Assembly (NCBI GenBank): GCA_902595065.1
Contig: CACJOM010000001.1
Coordinates: 323,463 to 387,462 of the forward strand
From: an uncultured SAR86 cluster bacterium
GTDB lineage: Bacteria > Pseudomonadota > Gammaproteobacteria > Magnimaribacterales > D2472
Direction: 5' to 3'
DNA length: 64,000 nucleotides
The notes beneath the pieces were generated by a model. That model was not told the origin of the DNA. It worked only from the letters and a program-made list of their open reading frames with translations, and searched no databases. Positions 56,426 to 64,000 of this stretch are shown piece after piece. Made by a program: the position numbers and the translations under genes. Each line of letters starts with the position of its first letter. Within the stretch, counting starts at the first letter, position 1.

Positions 56426-58489
56426 GTGGCTAATATTGAACTCACTGAATTAAAAGGTATCGGACCCTCTATCGTTGAAAAACTTCACCTTATTGGAATC
56501 TTTAATCTAAGAGATCTCTGCTTTCATCTTCCTTTTGGTTATCAAGATAGAACAAAAATCTCAAATATAAGCGACCTTCAACCAGGAGATGAAAAATTAA
56601 TTAAAGTAAAGATTCTGTCTACGCAAGTGCTATATAGGCCTAGAAAGATGATGGTGCTTAAATCAGCTGATTTATATTCTAATATCAATATTCGTTTTTT
56701 TTATTTCCATCCCGCCCAAGCAAAACAACTTAAAACTGGAACTGAGCTTTTATGTTATGGAAAAGTTAGCTTAAGTAGATATGGATTAGAAATGATCCAT
56801 CCAGAGTATGAAGTTATTTCAAATGATCATGAATTAAAAGACAAAAAATTAACACCTGTGTATAGAGTTCCCAAGGGCATAGGACAAAAAAAAATTAGGG
56901 GATTTATTCAGGCTGCAATTTCAAAATTAGATTTTGAAGAAGACTTTCTTGATGTTGAAAAATATGACGCATCTTTAAACATGAAAATTATTGATGCTCT
57001 ACAAATAATCCACAATCCTGAAGCAGATATTGATATTAATGAAATGCTGCCTGGTGGCTCCCATCCAGCAAGAGTAAGACTCTTGAAAGAAGAGATGATT
57101 GCTTTTCAAGCTGGTATGGCTTTTTTAAAACGCAAACAAAAACGGCACCATGCCTATTCATTGTCTAAAGAAAGTGAATGGACAGCAGAAGTTAAATCAA
57201 ATTTTCCTTTTGAATTAACTGGGGCCCAAGCGAGAGTTGTAAGTGAAATTAAAGAGGATCTAACACAACAAGTTCCTATGATGCGATTGGTTCAAGGAGA
57301 TGTTGGGTCGGGAAAAACAGTGGTGGGTGCATTAGCTGCAGCGTTGGCTCTTGATTCGTCGTTTCAGGTTGCTTTTATGGCCCCAACTACACTACTAGCA
57401 GAGCAACATTTTATTAGTTTTAAATCTTTTTTTAAAAAACAAAAAGAAAAAATATCTCTTCTTACTGGTAGTACCTCTGCAAGCCAGAGAAAAAAAATCT
57501 TAGAGAATCTTAAGGATAGTAAGATTAAATTTTTGGTTGGAACTCATGCTTTGTTCCAAAAGAGTGTTGAGTTTTCTAATCTTGCTCTCATTATCATTGA
57601 TGAGCAGCATAGGTTTGGTGTAAATCAAAGACTCGCTCTCAGAAAGAAAAATGATTCTGAAAAATCTGCGCCTCATCAGCTCACATTAACAGCCACCCCA
57701 ATTCCAAGAACACTATCGATGAGCGTATATGCAAATATGGATGTTTCAGTGATAGATGAATTACCACCTGGCAGAAAACCAATTCAAACATCATGCTTGC
57801 CCCTAAGTGGAAAAGAAAAACTCATTGAGAGAATCTCAGCTGCTATAAAAAAAGGTAGCAAAGTATATTGGATATGTCCCTTAATTGAAGAATCTGAGAA
57901 CTTGGATTTAAATGCTGTCATGGAAACCCACGAAGATTTATCTGAGTATTTTGGTCGGGATAAAGTTGGTTGCCTGCATGGCAAGTTATCAGCAATTAAA
58001 AAACAAGAGCAAGTTCAAACTTTCAAAGATTCTAAAACTTCAATCTTAGTATCAACGACTGTTGTTGAGGTTGGAGTTGATATTCCTGATGCAGATATCA
58101 TGGTGATTGAAAATGCTGAAAGGTTTGGTTTGGCGCAATTGCATCAATTAAGAGGAAGAATAGGCAGAGGAACCAAAGAGAGTTTTTGCATTCTTCTGCA
58201 TAAAGATAAGATTCAAGATATCTCATCGCAAAGACTCCAAGTATTGGTAGACTCTCAAGACGGTTTCAAAATTGCTGAGGAGGATCTGGTCATAAGAGGC
58301 CCTGGAGAGATCATGGGCGCTCAACAAACAGGTATTGTGCCGATGAAATATACAAATCTAGTTAGAGACAGTCAGTATCTAATGGAAACCAAAAAAGTTG
58401 CTGAATTAATATGTAATGAGGAGCCTGAGCTTGCCAGTCAGTTGATAGAGAGGTGGATCTCAGGCTCTATAGCTTTTGCAGACGCTTAG
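56426..58489 (+). CDS. recG: ATP-dependent DNA helicase RecG
   Basis: Wedge domain N-terminus, helicase motifs GDVGSGKT and DEQHRFG, QLHQLRGRIGRG and the TRG-like region. GTG start. Confidence 0.95.
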   Translation: MANIELTELKGIGPSIVEKLHLIGIFNLRDLCFHLPFGYQDRTKISNISDLQPGDEKLIKVKILSTQVLYRPRKMMVLKSADLYSNINIRFFYFHPAQAKQLKTGTELLCYGKVSLSRYGLEMIHPEYEVISNDHELKDKKLTPVYRVPKGIGQKKIRGFIQAAISKLDFEEDFLDVEKYDASLNMKIIDALQIIHNPEADIDINEMLPGGSHPARVRLLKEEMIAFQAGMAFLKRKQKRHHAYSLSKESEWTAEVKSNFPFELTGAQARVVSEIKEDLTQQVPMMRLVQGDVGSGKTVVGALAAALALDSSFQVAFMAPTTLLAEQHFISFKSFFKKQKEKISLLTGSTSASQRKKILENLKDSKIKFLVGTHALFQKSVEFSNLALIIIDEQHRFGVNQRLALRKKNDSEKSAPHQLTLTATPIPRTLSMSVYANMDVSVIDELPPGRKPIQTSCLPLSGKEKLIERISAAIKKGSKVYWICPLIEESENLDLNAVMETHEDLSEYFGRDKVGCLHGKLSAIKKQEQVQTFKDSKTSILVSTTVVEVGVDIPDADIMVIENAERFGLAQLHQLRGRIGRGTKESFCILLHKDKIQDISSQRLQVLVDSQDGFKIAEEDLVIRGPGEIMGAQQTGIVPMKYTNLVRDSQYLMETKKVAELICNEEPELASQLIERWISGSIAFADA

Positions 58490-58816
58490 TTATCTGTTCA
58501 AAATCTCCATTGCTTGTTTGTCGTCAACTACAGGGATTATTGCAGAATTACATACTTCGCTCCATCCATTAGCAAATTCAATCACAAGAGTCGGGTCATC
58601 AGCTTCTACAATAACTATGCCGCTGCCTGTCGTTAGGTCGTGATATCTAGCAAGCTTTTTAGAGCCCTCTAAGAATTCACCATCAAGTTCTTCTAACGTC
58701 ATGGTAGCAAAAACTTTATATGCCTCTTGATCACATTTGAAATCAATCATGTATACAGCTGCTTGTGATATGTTACAAAATAGTAACGCAAACCCTAAAA
58801 CAAACCATTTATTCAT
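58490..58816 (-). CDS. Small exported protein, DUF3303-like
   Basis: Signal peptide MNKWFVLGFALLFCNISQA. The pattern ...VEADDPTLVIEFANGWSEVCNSAIIPVV resembles DUF3303 as I recall it. Confidence 0.4.
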   Translation of the reverse strand: MNKWFVLGFALLFCNISQAAVYMIDFKCDQEAYKVFATMTLEELDGEFLEGSKKLARYHDLTTGSGIVIVEADDPTLVIEFANGWSEVCNSAIIPVVDDKQAMEILNR

Positions 58817-58909
58817 TTTATACCTCCAATAAAATTAACAATTTATTATATGAAATCTTTACCAAACTGCCAGAGACAATTTAGCAGGTTTGGTTGCTAG
58901 CAACTCAAT

Positions 58910-60370
58910 TTAGATTACGCCAAGAATTTTGTTTATTCTTTTTCTAAACTTTTCACCAAAAGGAGGTCTTGCCCCTATGATTGGCAATACATCAATCATA
59001 GTTTGACTATAAATTGCACGAGCATGACTCATGTTTTTAAAACCTTCTGGCCCATGATATGCACCCATGCCTGAAGCGCCAATACCACCAAATGGAAGAT
59101 CCTCCTGAATATAGTGCAGAGTAATATCATTGATGCAAACGCCACCACTTTGCACATGACTTAACAAATATTCCTGCTCGCTTTTATCTTTTCCAAAATA
59201 ATACATAGCAAGTGGATTTCGACGAGGCTCAATCATATCTGGAACCTCAGCAATATCACTGTAAGTCATGATCGGAAGAATGGGGCCGAAGATTTCTTCA
59301 TGCATAACCAGCATGTCTTCGTTTACATTCTGGAGAATATGCAAAGGCATGCGACGATTGTCTTTAGATACATGAGAATTTTCATCTCCTATGACTGTGA
59401 GTTTAGCGCCCTTATCGACCGCATCATCAATATAGTTTTGCAACCTAGCTAAATGATTTTCATTAAAAACCCCAGCATAATCGGTATTTTCTGTAATATT
59501 TGGGTACATTGATTGAGCTTCATCAGCTACGCGAGAAATAAGCTGCTCTTCTAAGTCCTTGGGAACGACTACATAGTCTGGAGATAGACATAGCTGGCCA
59601 CCGTTTAAAAGTTTACCAAATGTCAGACGTGTTCCGGCAAGATCAAGCTTTGCGCTTCGGCCAATAATAACTGGTGACTTTCCACCAAGTTCTAATGTTA
59701 CAGGAACAAGGTTTTTTGATGCTGACTGCATCACTTTAGAACCTACATGAGTGGACCCGGTGAACAATAGATGATCAAAAGGCAACTCCGCAAATTTTTG
59801 ACTAATGTCTTGACCTCCAGTCACAACCGAAACTTCATCAGCGGGAAAGTAATTAGGAACAACTTCAGCAAAGAGAGCAGCAGTTTCAGGAACGTGTTCT
59901 GAGGGTTTGAGCATTGCTCGATTGCCTGCAGCCAATGCGCTCGTTAAAGGTGAAACAGTTAATCCAAATGGAAGGTTCCAAGGAGAAATGATTCCAATAA
60001 CACCTTTGGGGAAATACCTTACCTCACTCCTGCCTCCCAAAAAATTCATTGGTTTATTAGTTTTTCTTCTCTCGCTCTTCATCCAATCCTTTAGATGTTT
60101 TAAAGAGTAATCGATCGCCTCTACCTTTGATGCAAACTCTGAAAACAAACTAAATTCATAGGATCGCGCTCCGTTAAACTCACGCTTAGTTGTTATTGCA
60201 AACTCTTTTTTGTTTTCAACAATCATTGCCTTAAGTCTTTTAAGGCGATCTACTCGTTTTGCATATGTAACCTCTCCTTCTTTACGAAACTTACTTCGTT
60301 GAAGTTCGACTAACGCATCAAGATTTTGGGTTTCTAATTTTGTAACATTGCTATGTTCGGCTTTACTCAT
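58910..60370 (-). CDS. Aldehyde dehydrogenase, ALDH3/coniferyl-aldehyde-dehydrogenase-like
   Basis: ELGGKSP, NGGQLCLSPDY (catalytic Cys) and EEIFGPILP. Confidence 0.88.
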   Translation of the reverse strand: MSKAEHSNVTKLETQNLDALVELQRSKFRKEGEVTYAKRVDRLKRLKAMIVENKKEFAITTKREFNGARSYEFSLFSEFASKVEAIDYSLKHLKDWMKSERRKTNKPMNFLGGRSEVRYFPKGVIGIISPWNLPFGLTVSPLTSALAAGNRAMLKPSEHVPETAALFAEVVPNYFPADEVSVVTGGQDISQKFAELPFDHLLFTGSTHVGSKVMQSASKNLVPVTLELGGKSPVIIGRSAKLDLAGTRLTFGKLLNGGQLCLSPDYVVVPKDLEEQLISRVADEAQSMYPNITENTDYAGVFNENHLARLQNYIDDAVDKGAKLTVIGDENSHVSKDNRRMPLHILQNVNEDMLVMHEEIFGPILPIMTYSDIAEVPDMIEPRRNPLAMYYFGKDKSEQEYLLSHVQSGGVCINDITLHYIQEDLPFGGIGASGMGAYHGPEGFKNMSHARAIYSQTMIDVLPIIGARPPFGEKFRKRINKILGVI

Positions 60371-60385
60371 ATATTTCCAATGGCC

Positions 60386-60790
60386 CTAAACAATGAGTTG
60401 AGAATAAGCCATATAGGCAATAATTAGCCATCCTGCAGCAAATAGTAAGAATCTTACTAGCACCATGTTAAATGTTAACTGAACCAGCGAATGAATGATT
60501 CTTAAGATCACAAATGCCCATGCTAATTGAACCATCAAAGAATCAAAATTATTAATTAAGGCGATTGATAAAGTAACCACATAAAATGCAACGGGCTGCT
60601 CAAAAAGATGATTATAGTTATCCCCCGTCCTTTCAACCCAAGCAGGCATTGCCCCTTTTAGATCTTTTGAATGAGCTGCATCCTGAGGATTGTCCATAGA
60701 TCTGAGCCTGCCAAAAGCCATCACTAAGAAAATTATAAAAGTCCAAAGCGCCAATGCTAGAACTGGTGCCAATAGTGCTGTTTGATTCAT
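60386..60790 (-). CDS. MAPEG family membrane protein
   Basis: 134 aa with 3-4 TM segments. The R..N..E pattern (NYNHLFEQP) is typical of MAPEG. Confidence 0.6.
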   Translation of the reverse strand: MNQTALLAPVLALALWTFIIFLVMAFGRLRSMDNPQDAAHSKDLKGAMPAWVERTGDNYNHLFEQPVAFYVVTLSIALINNFDSLMVQLAWAFVILRIIHSLVQLTFNMVLVRFLLFAAGWLIIAYMAYSQLIV

Positions 60791-60844
60791 ATTTTTACCT
60801 CTCTAAATCAGATTATCATACTAAAACCCTAAATTAAATTAGAA

Positions 60845-60870
60845 ATAAAAAAACCCGCTATTGCGGGTTT
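60845..60870 (-). terminator. Rho-independent terminator downstream of hppA
   Basis: Perfect 8-bp stem AAACCCGC / GCGGGTTT (60851-60858 / 60863-60870) with a 4-nt loop. On the minus strand it is followed by a T-run (plus-strand A-run 60845-60853). It lies 24 nt after the hppA stop. Confidence 0.8.
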
Positions 60871-60893
60871 CTTATTTTTAGTTGAAGTAAATT

Positions 60894-62882
60894 TTACAAC
60901 ATTCCATTCAATGTTAATAACGGAGCTATGACTAAACTCACAATTGCCATAACATTGATTAAAATGTTCATTGAGGGTCCAGATGTGTCTTTGAATGGAT
61001 CTCCAACGGTGTCTCCAACAACAACTGCAGCATGAGTATCAGAGCCCTTGCCACCATAGTTACCCTTCTCAACATATTTCTTAGCATTATCCCAAGCTCC
61101 ACCTGCATTTGCCATAAACAAAGCAAGTGCAACACAACCTAATAATCCACCAGCAAGCATTCCACCTAATGCCATAGCACCTAAACCAAACCCGACAACC
61201 GCTGGCATTGCTACTGCAATAACTCCAGGTAACATCATTTTCTTAAGAGCAGCTTTGGTTGCTATCTCAACACATTTTTCTGAATCAGGATCAGCATTGC
61301 CTTCCATTAAGCCGGTAATTTCTCTGAACTGTCTTCGAATTTCATTGATCATTTCAAATGCAGCATCGCCAACGGCTGTCATAGTAATCGAAGAAATTAA
61401 GAATGGAATACAAATTCCTATAAACATTCCTACTAAGACAATTGGTTGGCCTAAAGATAATGTAAATGCTTCACCAAAATTAAGGCTTACAACTGCAGAG
61501 AATGCGGAAATAATTGCAAGTGCTGCTAGAGCAGCAGCTCCAATTGCAAATCCTTTGCCGATAGCTGCTGTTGTATTTCCTAGTTCATCCAAAGAATCGG
61601 TGATTTCTCTCACGTCCTCACCCATGCCAGCCATCTCAGCAATACCACCAGCGTTATCTGCAACTGGTCCGTATGCATCAATCGCCATGGTTATACCAAC
61701 TGTTGAAAGCATTCCTACTGCAGCAATACCCACTCCATAAACTCCTGATAGAGTTGTTGAAATTAAAATAATTGTTGCTAGAACTGAAATTGGAATTACA
61801 ACAGATTGCATTCCAACTGAAAGACCAGAAATCATAACAGTCGCAGGCCCGGTTTCACCTGACTCAGCAATTTTCTTTACTGGGTCTCCACCAGTGTAAT
61901 ACTCAGTGATTAGTCCAATTAAGACTCCACCAATAGCACCACAGACAACTGCCCACCATACATTCATTGACACGCCGTCTATGCTATTTGTTAAAAAATA
62001 TGCCATGACAATAAAAATTGCAGGAGCTAAAAGAGTTCCAGAGCGTAAAGCACTTGCAGGCGCTTTAGCAGATTGCAGTTTAACTATTATAATTCCAATG
62101 ATCGAAGCTATTAAACCAATTGAAGTTAAAGCCAATGGAAACATCATCATTTCCTTTGAGCCTAAAGTGTAGGCTATAGCAATCGAGGCAATCATTGACC
62201 CGCAGTAAGATTCAAAAATATCTGATCCCATTCCAGCCACATCACCAACATTGTCACCAACATTGTCTGCAATAACTCCTGGGTTTCTTGGATCATCTTC
62301 AGGAATTCCTGCTTCAATCTTACCTACCAAGTCCGCTCCAACATCAGCACTCTTAGTAAAAATACCTCCACCAACACGAGAGAATAAGGCTACTACAGAT
62401 GCTCCCATTCCAAATCCCTCAAGAGCATGAACATGAGATTCACTAAAGAAATAAAAGAGACCGCCTAGGCCAATTAAACCAAGAGAAGCAACACATAATC
62501 CCATGACTGAGCCACCGTAAAAAGAAACGCTTAATGCTGCTGCTGCGCCGTCTTTTTGGGCTGCGGTTGCAGTTCTAACATTTGCTTTTGTTGCTGCATA
62601 CATTCCAATAAACCCTGCTAAAGATGAGCAGGCAGCACCAACTACGACTGCAATTGCTGATTGGATCGTAAGAAAGGTCGCGACCAATACAACTAATACG
62701 GCTACAAAAATTAATAAATAGGTATATTCGGTTTTCATGAATTTCATTGCGCCCTTATGAATTTCATCGCCAATCTTTTTAACTTGGTCCGTTCCATCTG
62801 AGTAACGCATGACCAAACTGAACACCACAAAAGCAGCAATCAAACCAAGAACACCCAATGCTGGGGCAATTAATATATTCAT
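60894..62882 (-). CDS. hppA: Membrane-bound proton-translocating pyrophosphatase
   Basis: [26 protein letters not shown], an EYYT-type motif (TEYYTGG), DTVGDPFKD and about 16 TM segments. Confidence 0.96.
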   Translation of the reverse strand: MNILIAPALGVLGLIAAFVVFSLVMRYSDGTDQVKKIGDEIHKGAMKFMKTEYTYLLIFVAVLVVLVATFLTIQSAIAVVVGAACSSLAGFIGMYAATKANVRTATAAQKDGAAAALSVSFYGGSVMGLCVASLGLIGLGGLFYFFSESHVHALEGFGMGASVVALFSRVGGGIFTKSADVGADLVGKIEAGIPEDDPRNPGVIADNVGDNVGDVAGMGSDIFESYCGSMIASIAIAYTLGSKEMMMFPLALTSIGLIASIIGIIIVKLQSAKAPASALRSGTLLAPAIFIVMAYFLTNSIDGVSMNVWWAVVCGAIGGVLIGLITEYYTGGDPVKKIAESGETGPATVMISGLSVGMQSVVIPISVLATIILISTTLSGVYGVGIAAVGMLSTVGITMAIDAYGPVADNAGGIAEMAGMGEDVREITDSLDELGNTTAAIGKGFAIGAAALAALAIISAFSAVVSLNFGEAFTLSLGQPIVLVGMFIGICIPFLISSITMTAVGDAAFEMINEIRRQFREITGLMEGNADPDSEKCVEIATKAALKKMMLPGVIAVAMPAVVGFGLGAMALGGMLAGGLLGCVALALFMANAGGAWDNAKKYVEKGNYGGKGSDTHAAVVVGDTVGDPFKDTSGPSMNILINVMAIVSLVIAPLLTLNGML

Positions 62883-62942
62883 CCTTTCTCTCCTATAAAC
62901 AAGCGTTAGATTTTATCAAATAAAATTGAATTTAATTAGTAA

Positions 62943-64000
62943 TTAAGCCTTTGAATTGAAAATATTTTCATCCAATTGATTCTCTGTTTTCGCAACTATA
63001 CATGCAATTGCAGCATCACCGGTAACATTGACTGATGTTCTGATCATATCTAGCACTCTATCAACTGCAAGAATGATCCCTATTGCTTCAAGCGGCAGAT
63101 TAAATTGTTGCAAAATTATTATCAAAGTAATGGTTCCTGCCGATGGAACAGCTGCAGTTCCAATCGAAGTTGCTACTGCTAACAACACCACCTGAATGTA
63201 TTGAAAAAGTGTTAAATCAATCCCAGACATTTGAGCAATAAAGACTGTTGCTAAACCTTGCATAATGGCTGTTCCATCCATGTTGATCGTAGCGCCAACA
63301 GGAACAACAAACGATGCAACGTTTTGGTTTACCCCCAGGTCTTGATTGACTGTTCTAAGAGTTACTGGAATTGTTGCTGCACTTGAAGAGGTAGAAAAAG
63401 CAAATAAAGCAACGTCTTTCATTTTTCTGTAAAAAGTTAATGGATTAAGTCCTCCAATAAATTTTAAGAATAATGAGTAAGTAAAAGCTGCATGAAATAA
63501 GAGCAAAGCTATTAAAAGAACAACATAAGCTACAACGTCTTGGAAAATATCAAGGCCATCAGCAATAACAAACTTTCCGATTAAGCAAAAAACTCCCAAA
63601 GGCGCAAAGCTCATAATCATTACGATAAGTTGAAGAAATACTGTATTTAATTTAGCGAATGAATCGCTTAAATTTCCAGTTAAGTGATTTGTCTTATTTA
63701 GAGCCAAGCCAAATATAATGCTAAAGAAAACTATTGCTAGCATCTGATTATCAGCCATGGCTTGGATAATATTTGAAGGAAAGATTCCCACAATGGTTGA
63801 GTAGATGCCTTGCCCTTGAGGCAATGAACTTGGAGCAGCCATAGCTATATCAGATGAATAGTTAGAGCCAGGCTGAAAGAAAGAGCCCGCTATAAGCGCT
63901 AAAGACACAGCGATGCCTGTTGTAAATAAGTAAAATCCTACTGTTTTAAATGTAAGTTTTCCTAGGGACTGTGAACTTCCAAGAGAAGAGATCCCAGTAA
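62943..64000 (-). CDS. Dicarboxylate/amino acid:cation symporter (DAACS/GltP family), 5' end outside the window
   Basis: SSSAATIP and NMDGTA signature motifs. The reading frame stays open to the window edge, upstream of the internal Met at 63908. Confidence 0.85.
   Translation of the reverse strand, partial: TGISSLGSSQSLGKLTFKTVGFYLFTTGIAVSLALIAGSFFQPGSNYSSDIAMAAPSSLPQGQGIYSTIVGIFPSNIIQAMADNQMLAIVFFSIIFGLALNKTNHLTGNLSDSFAKLNTVFLQLIVMIMSFAPLGVFCLIGKFVIADGLDIFQDVVAYVVLLIALLLFHAAFTYSLFLKFIGGLNPLTFYRKMKDVALFAFSTSSSAATIPVTLRTVNQDLGVNQNVASFVVPVGATINMDGTAIMQGLATVFIAQMSGIDLTLFQYIQVVLLAVATSIGTAAVPSAGTITLIIILQQFNLPLEAIGIILAVDRVLDMIRTSVNVTGDAAIACIVAKTENQLDENIFNSKA

Noticed and set aside
58861-58894. 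Imperfect hairpin ACCAAACTGC...GCAGGTTTGGT, plus the palindrome GTTGCTAGCAAC, between the ALDH stop and the DUF3303-like start. Considered as a terminator.
   Set aside because: The stem has a bulge and no U-run follows on the minus strand, so support for an intrinsic terminator is weak. It may still be a processing or regulatory hairpin, but I cannot support that.
61255-61740. 161-aa plus-strand ORF (and 61906..62172) inside hppA. Similar nested antisense ORFs occur in rpoD (15743..16033, 16091..16459), coq7 (25732..26088), trpC/trpD/trpE (26510..26821, 26914..27225, 28811..29053), the amidohydrolase (46385..46759), spoT (53137..53457) and elsewhere in the ORF track.
   Set aside because: All lie entirely within, and antisense or out of frame to, strongly supported conserved genes. 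Their translations are low-complexity mirror images with no recognisable motifs, which is the typical shadow-ORF pattern.
1-64000. Searched by eye for CRISPR arrays, long tandem repeats, rRNA/tmRNA/riboswitch-sized intergenic regions, integrases/transposases, toxin-antitoxin pairs, restriction-modification or other defence gene clusters, and prophage structural genes.
   Set aside because: None found. The longest non-coding stretches are about 160 and 300 bp, both at the tRNA islet. Every large ORF has a plausible housekeeping or metabolic assignment except the islet membrane protein. An exhaustive repeat search was not possible without tools.

Overview
This is a compact, AT-rich (roughly one-third GC by eye, not computed) gammaproteobacterial chromosome segment. 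About 65 genes are tightly packed, and many start/stop junctions overlap by 1-4 nt. Gene order follows blocks I know from Pseudomonas-type genomes: amgK-murU / lptD-surA-pdxA-rsmA-apaH-cca ... folK-folB-tsaD-rpsU; rph-pyrE / ridA-spoT-rpoZ-gmk-yicC ... recG; fis-purH-purD; gshB-tonB-like-ruvX; rpoD followed by a tRNA(CAU). The style suggests a streamlined marine lineage (SAR86-like is a guess only). Content is overwhelmingly housekeeping: sigma-70, primase, trpEGDC, purine/pyrimidine/folate/riboflavin steps, the LPS assembly operon, stringent response and an H+-PPase. The left 13 kb is more accessory-looking, with two exported S9 peptidases, two saccharopine-dehydrogenase-family proteins, an OYE flavoenzyme, an ALDH, a D-amino-acid aminotransferase, a transporter and a GST-like protein. 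I see no CRISPR array, rRNA, prophage, integrase, transposase or recognisable multi-gene defence or toxin system. The one clear non-core structure is a 1.2-kb islet at the tRNA(CAU) gene downstream of rpoD. Perfect 102-bp direct repeats (tRNA 3' 45 nt plus 57 bp of flank) bracket a single orphan 330-aa polytopic membrane protein with no recombinase, and short repeated motifs in the repeats look like protein-binding sites. Secondary oddities: amgK's conserved N-terminal segment has no canonical start codon; a G9 tract sits at the start of an S9 peptidase; an amidohydrolase pair has one member lacking the HxH metal site; a histidine-free short HPPK-like protein lies next to a FolM-like reductase and an APH-fold kinase; and the rpsU-dnaG-rpoD operon is split. 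All functional calls rest on reading the supplied translations for motifs and synteny from memory. No database search was run.
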